From positions 6,218-70,217 of IMG/VR virus record IMGVR_UViG_2806311045_000001: a DNA stretch of 64,000 bases. The stretch is one strand, 5' to 3'. Both the position numbers and the translations under genes were made by a program. This stretch comes from a virus (Duplodnaviria > Caudoviricetes). Positions 27,241 to 36,361 of the stretch are shown here, piece by piece (within the stretch, counting starts at the first letter, position 1; each line of letters opens with the position of its first letter). Under the pieces are notes generated by a model. The model saw nothing but the letters and a program-made list of their open reading frames with translations. It ran no database searches and had not been told where the DNA came from.

Positions 27241-28500
27241 ATGACCCTGTTGCCTCATCTGGCGACACGCCTCTTTGGCGTGCCGCTGGCGATTGATCGC
27301 CCCAAACTTGACGTGATCCTGTCGGTGCTGGGTCCGCGCGTGGGCCTGGCCGGCCTGGCGCCGCCGGGCGACTACACACCACCCGAACGGAATCCGGTCC
27401 GTGGCCATGCCCAGATCGCCGTGATCCCGATCCACGGCACGCTGGTGCGGCGCACCGTGGGCCTGGAGGCCGAGTCGGGGCTGGCCAGCTACACCGCGAT
27501 CGGCGATCAGCTGGACGCGGCCCTGACCGACCCCGGCATCGCCGCCATCCTGCTCGATGTCGACAGCCCCGGCGGCGAGTCGGGCGGCGTCTTCGATCTG
27601 GCCGACCGCATCCGTGCCGCCGCCGCCATCAAGCCCGTTTGGGTGGTGGCCAACGACATGGCGTTCTCGGCGGCCTATGCGCTGGCCTGTGCCGCGTCAC
27701 GGGTCTTCGTCTCGCGCACGGGCGGGGTCGGCTCGATTGGTGTCATCGCCATGCACGTCGACCAGTCCGTCAAGGACGCAAAGGACGGCGTTCGCTACAC
27801 GGCGGTGTTTGCCGGCGCTCGCAAGAACGACCTCAACCCACACGAGCCGCTCACCGACGAAGCGCAAGCACAACTGCAGGCCGAGGTGAGCCGCATCTAC
27901 GGCCTGTTCGTCGCGACCGTGGCCCGGTATCGCGGGCTGTCGGCCGAGACGGTGACGGCCACCGAAGCGGGGCTGTTCTTCGGGCAGGACGCTGTCGCCG
28001 CTGGCCTGGCGGATGCCGTCGGCACGTTCGACGACGCGCTCGCCCAGCTTGCTGCCTCCCTTTCTCCCGCTGCGCCGGCTATGGCTGCGCGCAACCCCTC
28101 TCTCAACCTCCAGATGGACTGCTCCATGACCACTCAACCTGATCCCGCCGCTGTCAGCGTGCCGGCTGCGGACGCTATCGGTGCTACTGCCCAACCCGCG
28201 GTGGTTGCATCGCTCCCCGCACCGCCGGCAGCCCCCGTCGCCAGCCACACCGACGCCGTGGAGATCGCCCAGCTGTGCACGCTGGCTGGCCGCACCGACC
28301 TGATCGCGGGCTTTCTTGAGGCGCGCGCCACGCCCGAACGCGTGCGCAGCCAACTGCTGGCCGCGCGTGCCGAGGCGTCGCCCGAGATCGCCAGCCGTAT
28401 CGATCCGCACGCGCAGGCGGTCTCTGCCGATGCCAGTTACCCCGCCTCTCCCCGTAACCCGTTGCTCCAGGCCGTCAAGAAGCGCCTGGGCATCCAGTAA
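27241..28500 (+). CDS. S49 capsid maturation protease/scaffold (gpC-like)
   Basis: DVDSPGG, AFSAAY, GSIGV. Confidence 0.92.
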   Translation: MTLLPHLATRLFGVPLAIDRPKLDVILSVLGPRVGLAGLAPPGDYTPPERNPVRGHAQIAVIPIHGTLVRRTVGLEAESGLASYTAIGDQLDAALTDPGIAAILLDVDSPGGESGGVFDLADRIRAAAAIKPVWVVANDMAFSAAYALACAASRVFVSRTGGVGSIGVIAMHVDQSVKDAKDGVRYTAVFAGARKNDLNPHEPLTDEAQAQLQAEVSRIYGLFVATVARYRGLSAETVTATEAGLFFGQDAVAAGLADAVGTFDDALAQLAASLSPAAPAMAARNPSLNLQMDCSMTTQPDPAAVSVPAADAIGATAQPAVVASLPAPPAAPVASHTDAVEIAQLCTLAGRTDLIAGFLEARATPERVRSQLLAARAEASPEIASRIDPHAQAVSADASYPASPRNPLLQAVKKRLGIQ

Positions 28501-28509
28501 TCGAATCAC

Positions 28510-28887
28510 ATGCCTGTTCTTCAAGAACCACTGAACCTGGGCGACCTCCTCAAGTACGAGGCGCCCAATCTGTACTCGCGCGAGCGCGTCACCGTGGCCG
28601 CCGGCCAGAGCCTGGCGCTCGGCACCGTGCTCGGCATGGTGACCGCCACGGGCAAGGTCAAGCAGCTCGATCCGTCCGCCACCGATGGCAGCCAGTACGC
28701 CGCCGGTGTGCTGATGCAGCCATGCGACGCCCACCTGGCCGATCGTGACGACGGCCTGATGGTCGCGCGCCACGCCATCGTCGCCTCCCACGCGCTGCAG
28801 TGGCCCGCCGGCATCGCCGCCGTCGAGCAGCACGCCGCGATCTCTCAACTCAAGGCACTGGGCGTCCTGGTGCGCGTCGGAGCCTGA
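28510..28887 (+). CDS. Head decoration protein (gpD-like)
   Basis: Position between protease and capsid; SRERVTV..G..L.LGTVLG. Confidence 0.85.
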   Translation: MPVLQEPLNLGDLLKYEAPNLYSRERVTVAAGQSLALGTVLGMVTATGKVKQLDPSATDGSQYAAGVLMQPCDAHLADRDDGLMVARHAIVASHALQWPAGIAAVEQHAAISQLKALGVLVRVGA

Positions 28888-28893
28888 TCGACC

Positions 28894-29898
28894 ATGCAGA
28901 ATCCGTTTACCAATCCCGCCTTCGAGATGGCGTCGATGACGGCGGCCATCAACCTGATCCCGAACCGGTACGGCAAGCTGGAGGCGATGAACCTCTTTGC
29001 GCCCAAACCGGTGCGCACGAGGCAGATCATCGTCGAGCAGCGCGAGGGTGTGCTGACGCTGCTGCCGACGCTGCCGCCAGGTTCGCCCGGCACGGTCGGC
29101 ACGCGGGGCAGGCGCAACGTGCGTTCGTTCGTCATCCCCCACATCCCGCACGACGACGTGGTGCTGCCCGAAGCCGTGCAGGGGCTGCGTGGCTTCGGCT
29201 CGGAGACCGAGTTGGAATCGGTGTCGAACGTGATGGCCGAGCGCCTGGACACGATGCGCAACAAGCACGCCATCACCCTGGAACACCTGCGCATGGGCGC
29301 GCTCAAGGGGGAAATCCTCGACGCGGACGGCTCGACCCTCTACAACCTGTTCGAGGAGTTCCGCATCCAGCAGAAGGTAATGAACTTCGAGCTGGGAACC
29401 GACAAGACCGAGGTCCGGAACAAATGCACGGACGTGCTCGGCATGATCGAGGATTCCCTGCTCGGCGAAGTCATGACCGGCGCGCACTGCCTGTGCTCGA
29501 CCGATTTCTTCAAGGCGCTGATCAGCCACAAGAGCGTCAAGGAGGCTTATTCGCGCTGGCGCGAAGGGATCATGCTGATCAACGACGTGCGTGCAGGCTT
29601 CGAGTTCGGCGGCATCACCTTCGAGGAGTACCGGGGCAAGGCGTCCGATGCGTCGGGCGAGGTGCGCAGCTTCATCAAACCTGGCGAGGCCCACGTGTTT
29701 CCGGTGGGCACCATCGACAGCTTCGCCACGTACTTCGCGCCGGCCGACTTCAACGAGACCGTCAACACGCTGGGCCAGCCGCTGTACGCCAAGCAGGAGC
29801 CACGCCAGTTCGGCCGGGGCACCGATGTGCACACCCAGTCCAACCCGCTGCCGATGTGTCTGCGTCCGGGTGTGCTGGTCAAGCTGACGACGGGGTGA
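28894..29898 (+). CDS. Major capsid protein (gpE family)
   Basis: 334 aa; TLEHLRMGALKG; C-terminal QSNPLP. Confidence 0.92.
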   Translation: MQNPFTNPAFEMASMTAAINLIPNRYGKLEAMNLFAPKPVRTRQIIVEQREGVLTLLPTLPPGSPGTVGTRGRRNVRSFVIPHIPHDDVVLPEAVQGLRGFGSETELESVSNVMAERLDTMRNKHAITLEHLRMGALKGEILDADGSTLYNLFEEFRIQQKVMNFELGTDKTEVRNKCTDVLGMIEDSLLGEVMTGAHCLCSTDFFKALISHKSVKEAYSRWREGIMLINDVRAGFEFGGITFEEYRGKASDASGEVRSFIKPGEAHVFPVGTIDSFATYFAPADFNETVNTLGQPLYAKQEPRQFGRGTDVHTQSNPLPMCLRPGVLVKLTTG

Positions 29899-29900
29899 CC

Positions 29901-30203
29901 ATGGATATCGTGGCAACCCTCTACGAAGCTGCCGCCAATGCGGGGCTCCTGAAGGAGTGCGTCTGGCGGCCGTCCGACCGCGGCCCGCCGCGCACCAACA
30001 TGGTCGGCTTTGCGGCGCCAGACGAGAACCTGCTCGATGGCCTGACGGTCAGCACCGAGTACGTGATGTCCTATCCCGCCACGATTTTTGCGGGGCTGGG
30101 CCCCCGCGAGACGGTCGAGATCGCCGGTGGGGTCTTCCATGTGCGGGAGCTGCGTGCGGTTGGCGACGGCTCCGAGATCCGCGCCAAGCTCACCCGCCTG
30201 TAA
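29901..30203 (+). CDS. Head-tail connector protein
   Basis: Position after capsid; in-frame ATG 29901. Confidence 0.7.
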   Translation: MDIVATLYEAAANAGLLKECVWRPSDRGPPRTNMVGFAAPDENLLDGLTVSTEYVMSYPATIFAGLGPRETVEIAGGVFHVRELRAVGDGSEIRAKLTRL

Positions 30204-30208
30204 TCCTC

Positions 30209-30655
30209 ATGGCAGTCAACTCCGTCCGTGAGCGGATCCTGCTCGCGGTGATGGAGGCCGTCCGTGCTTCGGTGCAGGCGCTCGGCGCCACGCTGCACCG
30301 GTCGCCCGCCGTCGCCATCGCGCGGGAGCAGTGCCCGGCGCTGGTGGTGTATCCGGAGAATGATGCGATCGCCAGCCGGGCCAACGACCGGGTCACGCGC
30401 GAACTGACCGTGCGGGTGACGGCGCTGGCCCGCGCGGTGCCGCCCGCCGCGCCGGAGACGGCAGCCGATGCGCTGCTGACCGCCGCCCACGCTGCGCTGA
30501 TGGCCGACGTGAATTGCGGTGGCTTGGCGCTCGGCATCCACGAACTCGATTGCGAGTGGGACGTCGAGGACGCTGATGCCGTGGCAGCAGCCATTCCGGC
30601 GCGCTACCGCATCACCTACCGGACCCTGGCCGCCGATCTGGCGACCCCCGCCTGA
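30209..30655 (+). CDS. Tail terminator-like protein
   Basis: SVRERILLAV...CPALVV..E.D; position before tail tube. Confidence 0.7.
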   Translation: MAVNSVRERILLAVMEAVRASVQALGATLHRSPAVAIAREQCPALVVYPENDAIASRANDRVTRELTVRVTALARAVPPAAPETAADALLTAAHAALMADVNCGGLALGIHELDCEWDVEDADAVAAAIPARYRITYRTLAADLATPA

Positions 30656-30777
30656 CGCCCATCTGACCGCCGATTCACCCGCCGACCCAGGCGGGACAGC
30701 AGCACTTCGAGAGTGCCCGTTCGGGCTGCCCTCACCCCCGTACCCATTTCTGCGTCAAGCAAGGAAATCCCCCAACC

Positions 30778-31551
30778 ATGAGTACCTACGCCTCCTTCCA
30801 GGGGCGCGTCTACCTCGGCAAGCGCGATGCCGCAGGCGTGCCCTACGAGGTCCGCTCGCCCGGCAACGTGGCCGAGCTGAAGCTGTCCCTCAAGACCGAC
30901 GTGCTGGAGCACTACGAGAGCCAGTCCGGCCAGCGCACGCTGGACCACCGGATGGTCAAGCAGAAGTCGGCCACCCTGAATCTCACCATCGAGGAGTTCA
31001 CCAAGGACAACCTCGCCCTGGCCCTGTACGGCAACCACGTCACCGGCGATGGTGGCGCGGTCAACGACGAGCCGGTCGGCGGTGCGGAGCCGCTGGTGGG
31101 CGACCGCTACTTCCTGGCCCACCCGAAGGTGTCGAAGCTGGTGATCAAGGACAGCAGCGCCAAGCCGGTGACGCTGGCCGCCGGCGTCGATTACACCGGC
31201 GATGTCGACTTCGGGTCGATCCAGTTCCTGCGCCTGGACGACGGTGGCACGCCGCCGACGCCCTACGTGAAGCCGTTCAAGGCGAGCTACGCCTATGGCA
31301 TCGCCACCGAGATCGGCATCTTTACCCAGCCGCTGCCCGAGCGGTACCTGCGCCTGGAGGGCCTGAACACCGCCCAGGGCAACGCCAAGGTGCTGGTCGA
31401 GCTGTACCGGGTCGCCTTCGATCCGCTCAAGGAGCTCTCGCTCATCTCGGACGAGTACAACAAGCTGGAGATTGAGGGCTCGCTGCTGGCGGATCCGACC
31501 AAGCCGTTCGACGCTGTGCTCGGTCAGTTCGGTCGCATCGTGCAGTTGTGA
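30778..31551 (+). CDS. Major tail (tube) protein
   Basis: YASFQGRVYLGKR..G N-terminus; position. Confidence 0.82.
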   Translation: MSTYASFQGRVYLGKRDAAGVPYEVRSPGNVAELKLSLKTDVLEHYESQSGQRTLDHRMVKQKSATLNLTIEEFTKDNLALALYGNHVTGDGGAVNDEPVGGAEPLVGDRYFLAHPKVSKLVIKDSSAKPVTLAAGVDYTGDVDFGSIQFLRLDDGGTPPTPYVKPFKASYAYGIATEIGIFTQPLPERYLRLEGLNTAQGNAKVLVELYRVAFDPLKELSLISDEYNKLEIEGSLLADPTKPFDAVLGQFGRIVQL

Positions 31552-31559
31552 GGGCGGCC

Positions 31560-31949
31560 ATGGACGATCTGGACAAACTCATCCCGCAGCCGGCCGAACT
31601 CATCGTGGGTGGGGAGACGCTCGCCATCCAGCCGCTCAAGGTGGGCCGGCTGCCGGCCTTCCTGCGGGCGATCTCGCCGACGCTGCAGCAGCTCAGGGCG
31701 CCACAGATCGATTGGCTTGGTCTCTTCATCGAGCACGGCGACGATCTGCTGCAGGCCGTCGCCATCGCGGTGGACAAGCCCCGTGCGTGGGTCGATGCGC
31801 TGGCAGCCGACGAGGCGATCCTGCTGGTGGCCAAGGTGGTCGAGGTGAACGCGGATTTTTTTACCCGGACGGTGCTGCCGAGGCTCGACGGCCTGTTCGC
31901 ACGGGTGACGCAGGCAGCGGCGTCTGGTTCCACGCCATCCAGCGCTTGA
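31560..31949 (+). CDS. Tail assembly chaperone (gpG-like)
   Basis: Follows tail tube; contains slippery T TTT TTT 31856-31862. Confidence 0.8.
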   Translation: MDDLDKLIPQPAELIVGGETLAIQPLKVGRLPAFLRAISPTLQQLRAPQIDWLGLFIEHGDDLLQAVAIAVDKPRAWVDALAADEAILLVAKVVEVNADFFTRTVLPRLDGLFARVTQAAASGSTPSSA

Positions 31950-32167
31950 TCGATCACGGCCACCGACTGCCCGACATCCTCGACTACACCCTGGCCCAGC
32001 TGCGCGGCTGCTTGGATGCCACCGTGCGTGCGGAAGCGGCGCGCGACGCCCGGCTGCTGTCGCTGATCGCCATCGGTACGCGGGGCGACGCGCGCAACCT
32101 TGAGCGCACGCTCGACCAGCTCAACGACAAGGCAAACAGTCATGCGCATTTCCGTTCGAATCGATAG
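31862..32167 (+). CDS. gpT-like -1 frameshift extension of chaperone
   Basis: -1 frame open from slippery site: FFYPDG...WFHAIQRLIDHGH..PDILDYTLAQL. Confidence 0.72.
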   Translation, partial: YPDGAAEARRPVRTGDAGSGVWFHAIQRLIDHGHRLPDILDYTLAQLRGCLDATVRAEAARDARLLSLIAIGTRGDARNLERTLDQLNDKANSHAHFRSNR

Positions 32168-32786
32168 CGCTGCCGCTCAGGCCCAACTGCGCCGTTGGGC
32201 GAGAGAGTTTCGCCCGAAGGTGAAGAAGGCGGTCGCGCAAGCCATGGTCAGCGAGGCTACCGAGCTCAAGCAGGAAATGCGCGATCACGTTGCGGGGCAG
32301 ATGCGGGTGGTCAAGAAGTCCTTCCTCAAGGGCTTCACGGCCAAGGTGTTGGACAGGGACCCGAAGCGCCTGCCGGCGCTCTATGTGGGTTCGCGGGTGC
32401 CGTGGTCAGCCATCCACGAGCGGGGTGGGGTAGTCGCCGGCCGGCTGCTGATTCCGCTCTATGGGCGGGTCGGCAGGAAGCGCTTCAAGGCGCAGATCGC
32501 CGAGCTGATGCGCGGTGGGAACGCCTACTTCGTGAAGAACAACAAGGGGAACGTGGTGCTAATGGCCGAGAACATCGGCGAGCACGACCGGCCGCTGACC
32601 GGTTTCAAGCGCCGCTACCGCAAGGCCGAGGGCGTCAAACGCATCAAGCGCGGCGCGGACATTCCGATTGCGGTACTGGTGCCGCGTGTCGTGCTCAGGA
32701 AGCGGCTCGACATCGAGCAAGTGGTGGCGCGGCGCATTCCGCGCCTGGCCGCTGCCATCGAGGCGCGTATCCGGCAGCTGGGCTGA
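32142..32786 (+). CDS. Basic hypothetical protein (DUF6441-like, tail region)
   Basis: K/R-rich ORF after chaperones. Confidence 0.7.
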   Translation: MRISVRIDSAAAQAQLRRWAREFRPKVKKAVAQAMVSEATELKQEMRDHVAGQMRVVKKSFLKGFTAKVLDRDPKRLPALYVGSRVPWSAIHERGGVVAGRLLIPLYGRVGRKRFKAQIAELMRGGNAYFVKNNKGNVVLMAENIGEHDRPLTGFKRRYRKAEGVKRIKRGADIPIAVLVPRVVLRKRLDIEQVVARRIPRLAAAIEARIRQLG

Positions 32787-32828
32787 CCAGGGTGCGCCTC
32801 GTGGCGGCAGGCGGTGCCTGCCGGTGAA

Positions 32829-33119
32829 TCAGGCGATCAGGAATTTGTCGCGGTTCTTGCCGAGCCATGCGGGTGCACGGCCACGGCCGGACCAGGTGGC
32901 ACCGGTCTTGGGGTCGCGGTACTTAGGGACCGATGCCGCCTTGGGGCCGCGCTTGCCACCACGCTTCGGTGCCAGACCGATGTCCTCCGCGGTCAGGCCG
33001 TATTCCTGCACGACTTGTCGCACCTGCGCGGTGATCTCGGCCAGCTCTTTCTGGCGGGCGGCTTCGAGTTGCTCTTCGAGCTTGTTCTTTTGAGCAAGCA
33101 GGTCTTTGTAGGTTGCCAT
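32829..33119 (-). CDS. hns: H-NS family nucleoid protein
   Basis: N-terminal coiled coil; PKYRDPKTGATWSGRGRAPAW DNA-binding motif; 96 aa. Confidence 0.92.
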   Translation of the reverse strand: MATYKDLLAQKNKLEEQLEAARQKELAEITAQVRQVVQEYGLTAEDIGLAPKRGGKRGPKAASVPKYRDPKTGATWSGRGRAPAWLGKNRDKFLIA

Positions 33120-33682
33120 GTGGTTTTTTCCCGAAAGATCGTTGTATTTGAAATAGCCGAGGCGCAGATCACCAGTGCCGAATCGCAAAGACGTACACGC
33201 CATCGGATATTGAAATTTTAGCTGCAACTTAAATGAACTGCATGTGCGGTGCAGCAAGAGTTTCAATAAATGAGGAAGTATTGAACATTCCAGCCGAACC
33301 CAACGGCGCCTGGATCGAGCTCCCATAACCCGGCGCTGTTGCCCGAAGCATTAAAGGCACACCACATTTGCTTTGAAATTGGGGACGTCGTTAGCGGAAT
33401 GTGGTTCTGTGTCGTTTCGCGACATCCCAGGTTCGACTGCCTTTCGCACCTATTCGTCCGGGCAGTCAGAGGAACCCCAATTCCTCGCGCCTGAATCCTA
33501 CCGCCGCTCTGCGGCACATCCCTGCAACACCACCTCGCTGAAAAGCAGTCCCTAGCCATTCCGTTACCAGGCGGGCTCGCCGCCGCTCGCCCGCTGATGT
33601 CTCCCGGACCTCGGCATTCAACGTCGCCTCAATTCGATCGCTTGTTGGCGCCAGGGCGACTGGCCGTCTCAAAGCCAAGAAC

Positions 33683-34741
33683 ATGAATACACCTATCACC
33701 CTCGACACCGACGGCTGTCGGATCGGGAGACGACGCACGCCTTGCGGTGCGAGCGTCGGTGCTGCACACGATTCGAAGGCCACTGTGCACGTCGTCTCGA
33801 TGTCCGGCGGCAAGGACAGCACCGCAACCGCGATCCTTGCGCTGGAACTCCATGGTGCCGCCGCCTGCCGGTTCGTCTTCGCCGACACCGGCAACGAGCA
33901 TGAGGCGACCTACGACTACGCGCTGGACTATCTGCCTCGCGCTCTCGGCATCCGCATCGACGTGGTCCGCGCGGACTTTGCCGACGAGTTCGCCACCAAG
34001 CGCGCCAACTTGGCACGGATCGCTGCCGGAGAACTTGAGTCGGCAGTCTATGGCCGGCGCCAGTTCAAGTACCGATGGACGCGCAGTACCGCTGCCCGCG
34101 CGTTGGAGCTGCTGCATCCCACCGGCAACCCGTTTCTGGATCTCTGTCTGGTACGTGGTGGATTTCCGAGCCGCAAGCGCCAGTTCTGCACTGAATACCT
34201 GAAGCGGAATCCGCTCACGGAATACGCGCTTGACCTGGCGGACGCTGGCTACCACGTTGAATCGTGGCAAGGCGTGCGCGCCGACGAGAGCGAGGCCCGC
34301 CGCTGGCTGCCGTCCTACGAGTACCGCGGCGCGAGGCTGGCGATCTACCGCCCGATTCTGCGCTGGCGGGTCAACGACGTGTTCGAGGCGCACAGGGTGG
34401 CGGGGATTGAGCCAAATCCCCTGTATCGAAAGGGCATGCATCGCGTCGGCTGCATGCCCTGCATCAACTGCAGCAAGGGCGAGCTGCGCGAGATCGCGAG
34501 TCGGTTCCCCGAGCACATCGAGCGCATCGCCGAATGGGAGCGGCTCGTATCCCAAGTGTGCCGTCCGCGCACGCCGGTCTCGTTTTTTCATCTGGGCACG
34601 CAAGGACACGCTGGTCAGTCTTCCACGATCGACGCAGTTGTGGAGTGGAGCAGAACCACACGCGGTGGCCGGCAATTCGACCTGTTGGCCGGCTTGACCG
34701 AGCCCACAGCCTGTTCTTCCGCCTATGGCCTTTGTGAGTAG
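33683..34741 (+). CDS. PAPS-reductase-family (PP-loop) protein
   Basis: SMSGGKDST, FADTGNE, QFCTEYLK, GVRADESEAR, RVGCMPCINC. Confidence 0.88.
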   Translation: MNTPITLDTDGCRIGRRRTPCGASVGAAHDSKATVHVVSMSGGKDSTATAILALELHGAAACRFVFADTGNEHEATYDYALDYLPRALGIRIDVVRADFADEFATKRANLARIAAGELESAVYGRRQFKYRWTRSTAARALELLHPTGNPFLDLCLVRGGFPSRKRQFCTEYLKRNPLTEYALDLADAGYHVESWQGVRADESEARRWLPSYEYRGARLAIYRPILRWRVNDVFEAHRVAGIEPNPLYRKGMHRVGCMPCINCSKGELREIASRFPEHIERIAEWERLVSQVCRPRTPVSFFHLGTQGHAGQSSTIDAVVEWSRTTRGGRQFDLLAGLTEPTACSSAYGLCE

Positions 34742-34748
34742 CAGAGGT

Positions 34749-35876
34749 ATGGGCGCCTATTACAACGAGATCGATCCGTATGCGGCCGCGTGGCTGCGCA
34801 ACCTGATCGCCGCCGGCCACATCGCGCCGGGCGATGTTGACGAAAGAGACATTCAAGATGTGCAACCCGAAGACCTCCGGGGATATAGCCAGCACCACTT
34901 CTTCGCAGGTGTCGGCGTCTGGTCCTTGGCGCTGCGCCGCGCAGGCTGGCCAGATGACCAGCCCGTCTGGACCGGCTCCTGTCCGTGCCAACCTTTCTCC
35001 CAGGCAGGCAAGGGACTCGCGTTTGCTGACGAGCGGCACTTGTGGCCAGCCTGGTATCACCTCATCAGCGAGTGCCGACCTCCAGTGGTTCTTGGAGAGC
35101 AGGTTGCGAGCATCAACGCGGACGCTTGGATCGACCTTGTACAAGATGACATGGAAGCCGTGGGTCACGCCTTCGGGGCGGTCCCGTTTCCGTCTGCGGG
35201 CGTCGGTGCCCCGCACATCCGGGACAGGCTTTACTGGGTGGCCTACGCCGACGGCTTGCGAAGCCGGCGGTACTCCCGAGCAGTTCGTCGCGCGAAAGCT
35301 GAGATCAATCGCGAAGGGAGCGAAGATGGGGGCAAGCCTGACGGATTTGAGCTTGGTCGCACAAATGGCAGGCTGGCCCACTCCCTGCCAGCAGGACGGA
35401 CCGAAGGGCGGCCCTTCGCAGGGAATCGATCGCCTTCCGGGCTGCGCGTCGCTGGCTGGCTGGCCGACACCTATGGCGGGTACACCGGCGCAGAACGGCA
35501 ACAACGCAGCGGGCAACAACGACAGCAGCCGGAAGACGGTGGCATTGGTCTCGGGCTGGGCCACGCCGAACGCGAGGGACTGGCACTCGGCCAGCGGCTC
35601 GCCGGAGTTCCTTGCGCAGCGAGCGGAACAGACCCGCGGCAAGCCGTTGAGCGAGCAGGCATTCACGTTGCTTCCGGGCCCGGCCCGACAAATGGCCTGT
35701 GGCGAGATGCTGACTGGCTCCTGTGCCGGGATGGACGCTGGCGGCCAGTTGAACCCGGCGCATTCCCGCTGGCTCATGGGGCTCCCGCCCGAGTGGGACG
35801 CCTGCGCGCCTATGGCAACGCCATCTGCGCTTCGGCGGCGCAAGCATTCATCGAATCAGTAATGGCGTGGCTGTAA
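34749..35876 (+). CDS. C5 cytosine methyltransferase, alpha chain
   Basis: YNEID, FFAGVG, GSCPCQPFS (catalytic PC), GEQV, PHIRDR, RAYGNAI (motif X). Confidence 0.88.
   Translation: MGAYYNEIDPYAAAWLRNLIAAGHIAPGDVDERDIQDVQPEDLRGYSQHHFFAGVGVWSLALRRAGWPDDQPVWTGSCPCQPFSQAGKGLAFADERHLWPAWYHLISECRPPVVLGEQVASINADAWIDLVQDDMEAVGHAFGAVPFPSAGVGAPHIRDRLYWVAYADGLRSRRYSRAVRRAKAEINREGSEDGGKPDGFELGRTNGRLAHSLPAGRTEGRPFAGNRSPSGLRVAGWLADTYGGYTGAERQQRSGQQRQQPEDGGIGLGLGHAEREGLALGQRLAGVPCAASGTDPRQAVERAGIHVASGPGPTNGLWRDADWLLCRDGRWRPVEPGAFPLAHGAPARVGRLRAYGNAICASAAQAFIESVMAWL
34834..35862 (+). CDS. Overlapping +1-frame ORF, probable MTase beta chain (true start uncertain, perhaps 35146)
   Basis: 342-codon open frame; GQLNPAHSRWLMGLPPEW resembles motif IX; four GW[P/A]TP repeats. 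Confidence 0.68.
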   Translation: MLTKETFKMCNPKTSGDIASTTSSQVSASGPWRCAAQAGQMTSPSGPAPVRANLSPRQARDSRLLTSGTCGQPGITSSASADLQWFLESRLRASTRTLGSTLYKMTWKPWVTPSGRSRFRLRASVPRTSGTGFTGWPTPTACEAGGTPEQFVARKLRSIAKGAKMGASLTDLSLVAQMAGWPTPCQQDGPKGGPSQGIDRLPGCASLAGWPTPMAGTPAQNGNNAAGNNDSSRKTVALVSGWATPNARDWHSASGSPEFLAQRAEQTRGKPLSEQAFTLLPGPARQMACGEMLTGSCAGMDAGGQLNPAHSRWLMGLPPEWDACAPMATPSALRRRKHSSNQ

Positions 35877-35947
35877 CCACAACGTCTTCGTAGAAAGACG
35901 GACTGGATTGAGTCGTGGATTCCGAATCCTATGCAAGCGTTGAACGC

Positions 35948-36361
35948 TCAGGCTTCCCAGGGGTTGATGAGCTGGACGTCGAGCCCCGCGAAATCTTTGG
36001 TGTTGCGCGTGACCAGCGTGAGGTCGTGTTGCAGGGCGGTCGCGGCCAGCAGGCCGTCGATGGCGGGCAGGGGGCGGCCAGCCGAGGACATCAGCCGGCC
36101 CCAGCGGTCCGCAGTATGTGCATCGATGTCGAGCAATCGGCCGAGAAAGTAGTTCGGCAATTCCACTTCGAGCCAGTCAATCAGGTTCTGGCGGCGTACC
36201 GCGTCCTCCAGCCGCTCGATACCTTTGCGAATCTCGCCCAGGGTCAGCACGCTCAGGTAGAGCGACTGGCGCGGGCGGTCCTGCATCCAGGCCACCACGC
36301 GCGCATCGGGCGCTTTGCGACGCAATTCGGACAGGACATTGGTGTCGATCAGGTAACTCAA
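35948..36361 (-). CDS. vapC: VapC PIN-domain toxin
   Basis: YLIDTNVLSE, TLGEI, IDGLLAATA, LVTRN..DF. Confidence 0.93.
   Translation of the reverse strand: MSYLIDTNVLSELRRKAPDARVVAWMQDRPRQSLYLSVLTLGEIRKGIERLEDAVRRQNLIDWLEVELPNYFLGRLLDIDAHTADRWGRLMSSAGRPLPAIDGLLAATALQHDLTLVTRNTKDFAGLDVQLINPWEA

Noticed and set aside
30656-30777. Small hairpins before the tail tube gene as an ncRNA
   Set aside because: Stems are only 4-5 bp and mutually exclusive; not distinguishable from GC-rich background.
33650-33679. Possible tenth motif copy (AAGCCAAG at 33672)
   Set aside because: Second half of the motif is absent, and it would point away from the adjacent gene.
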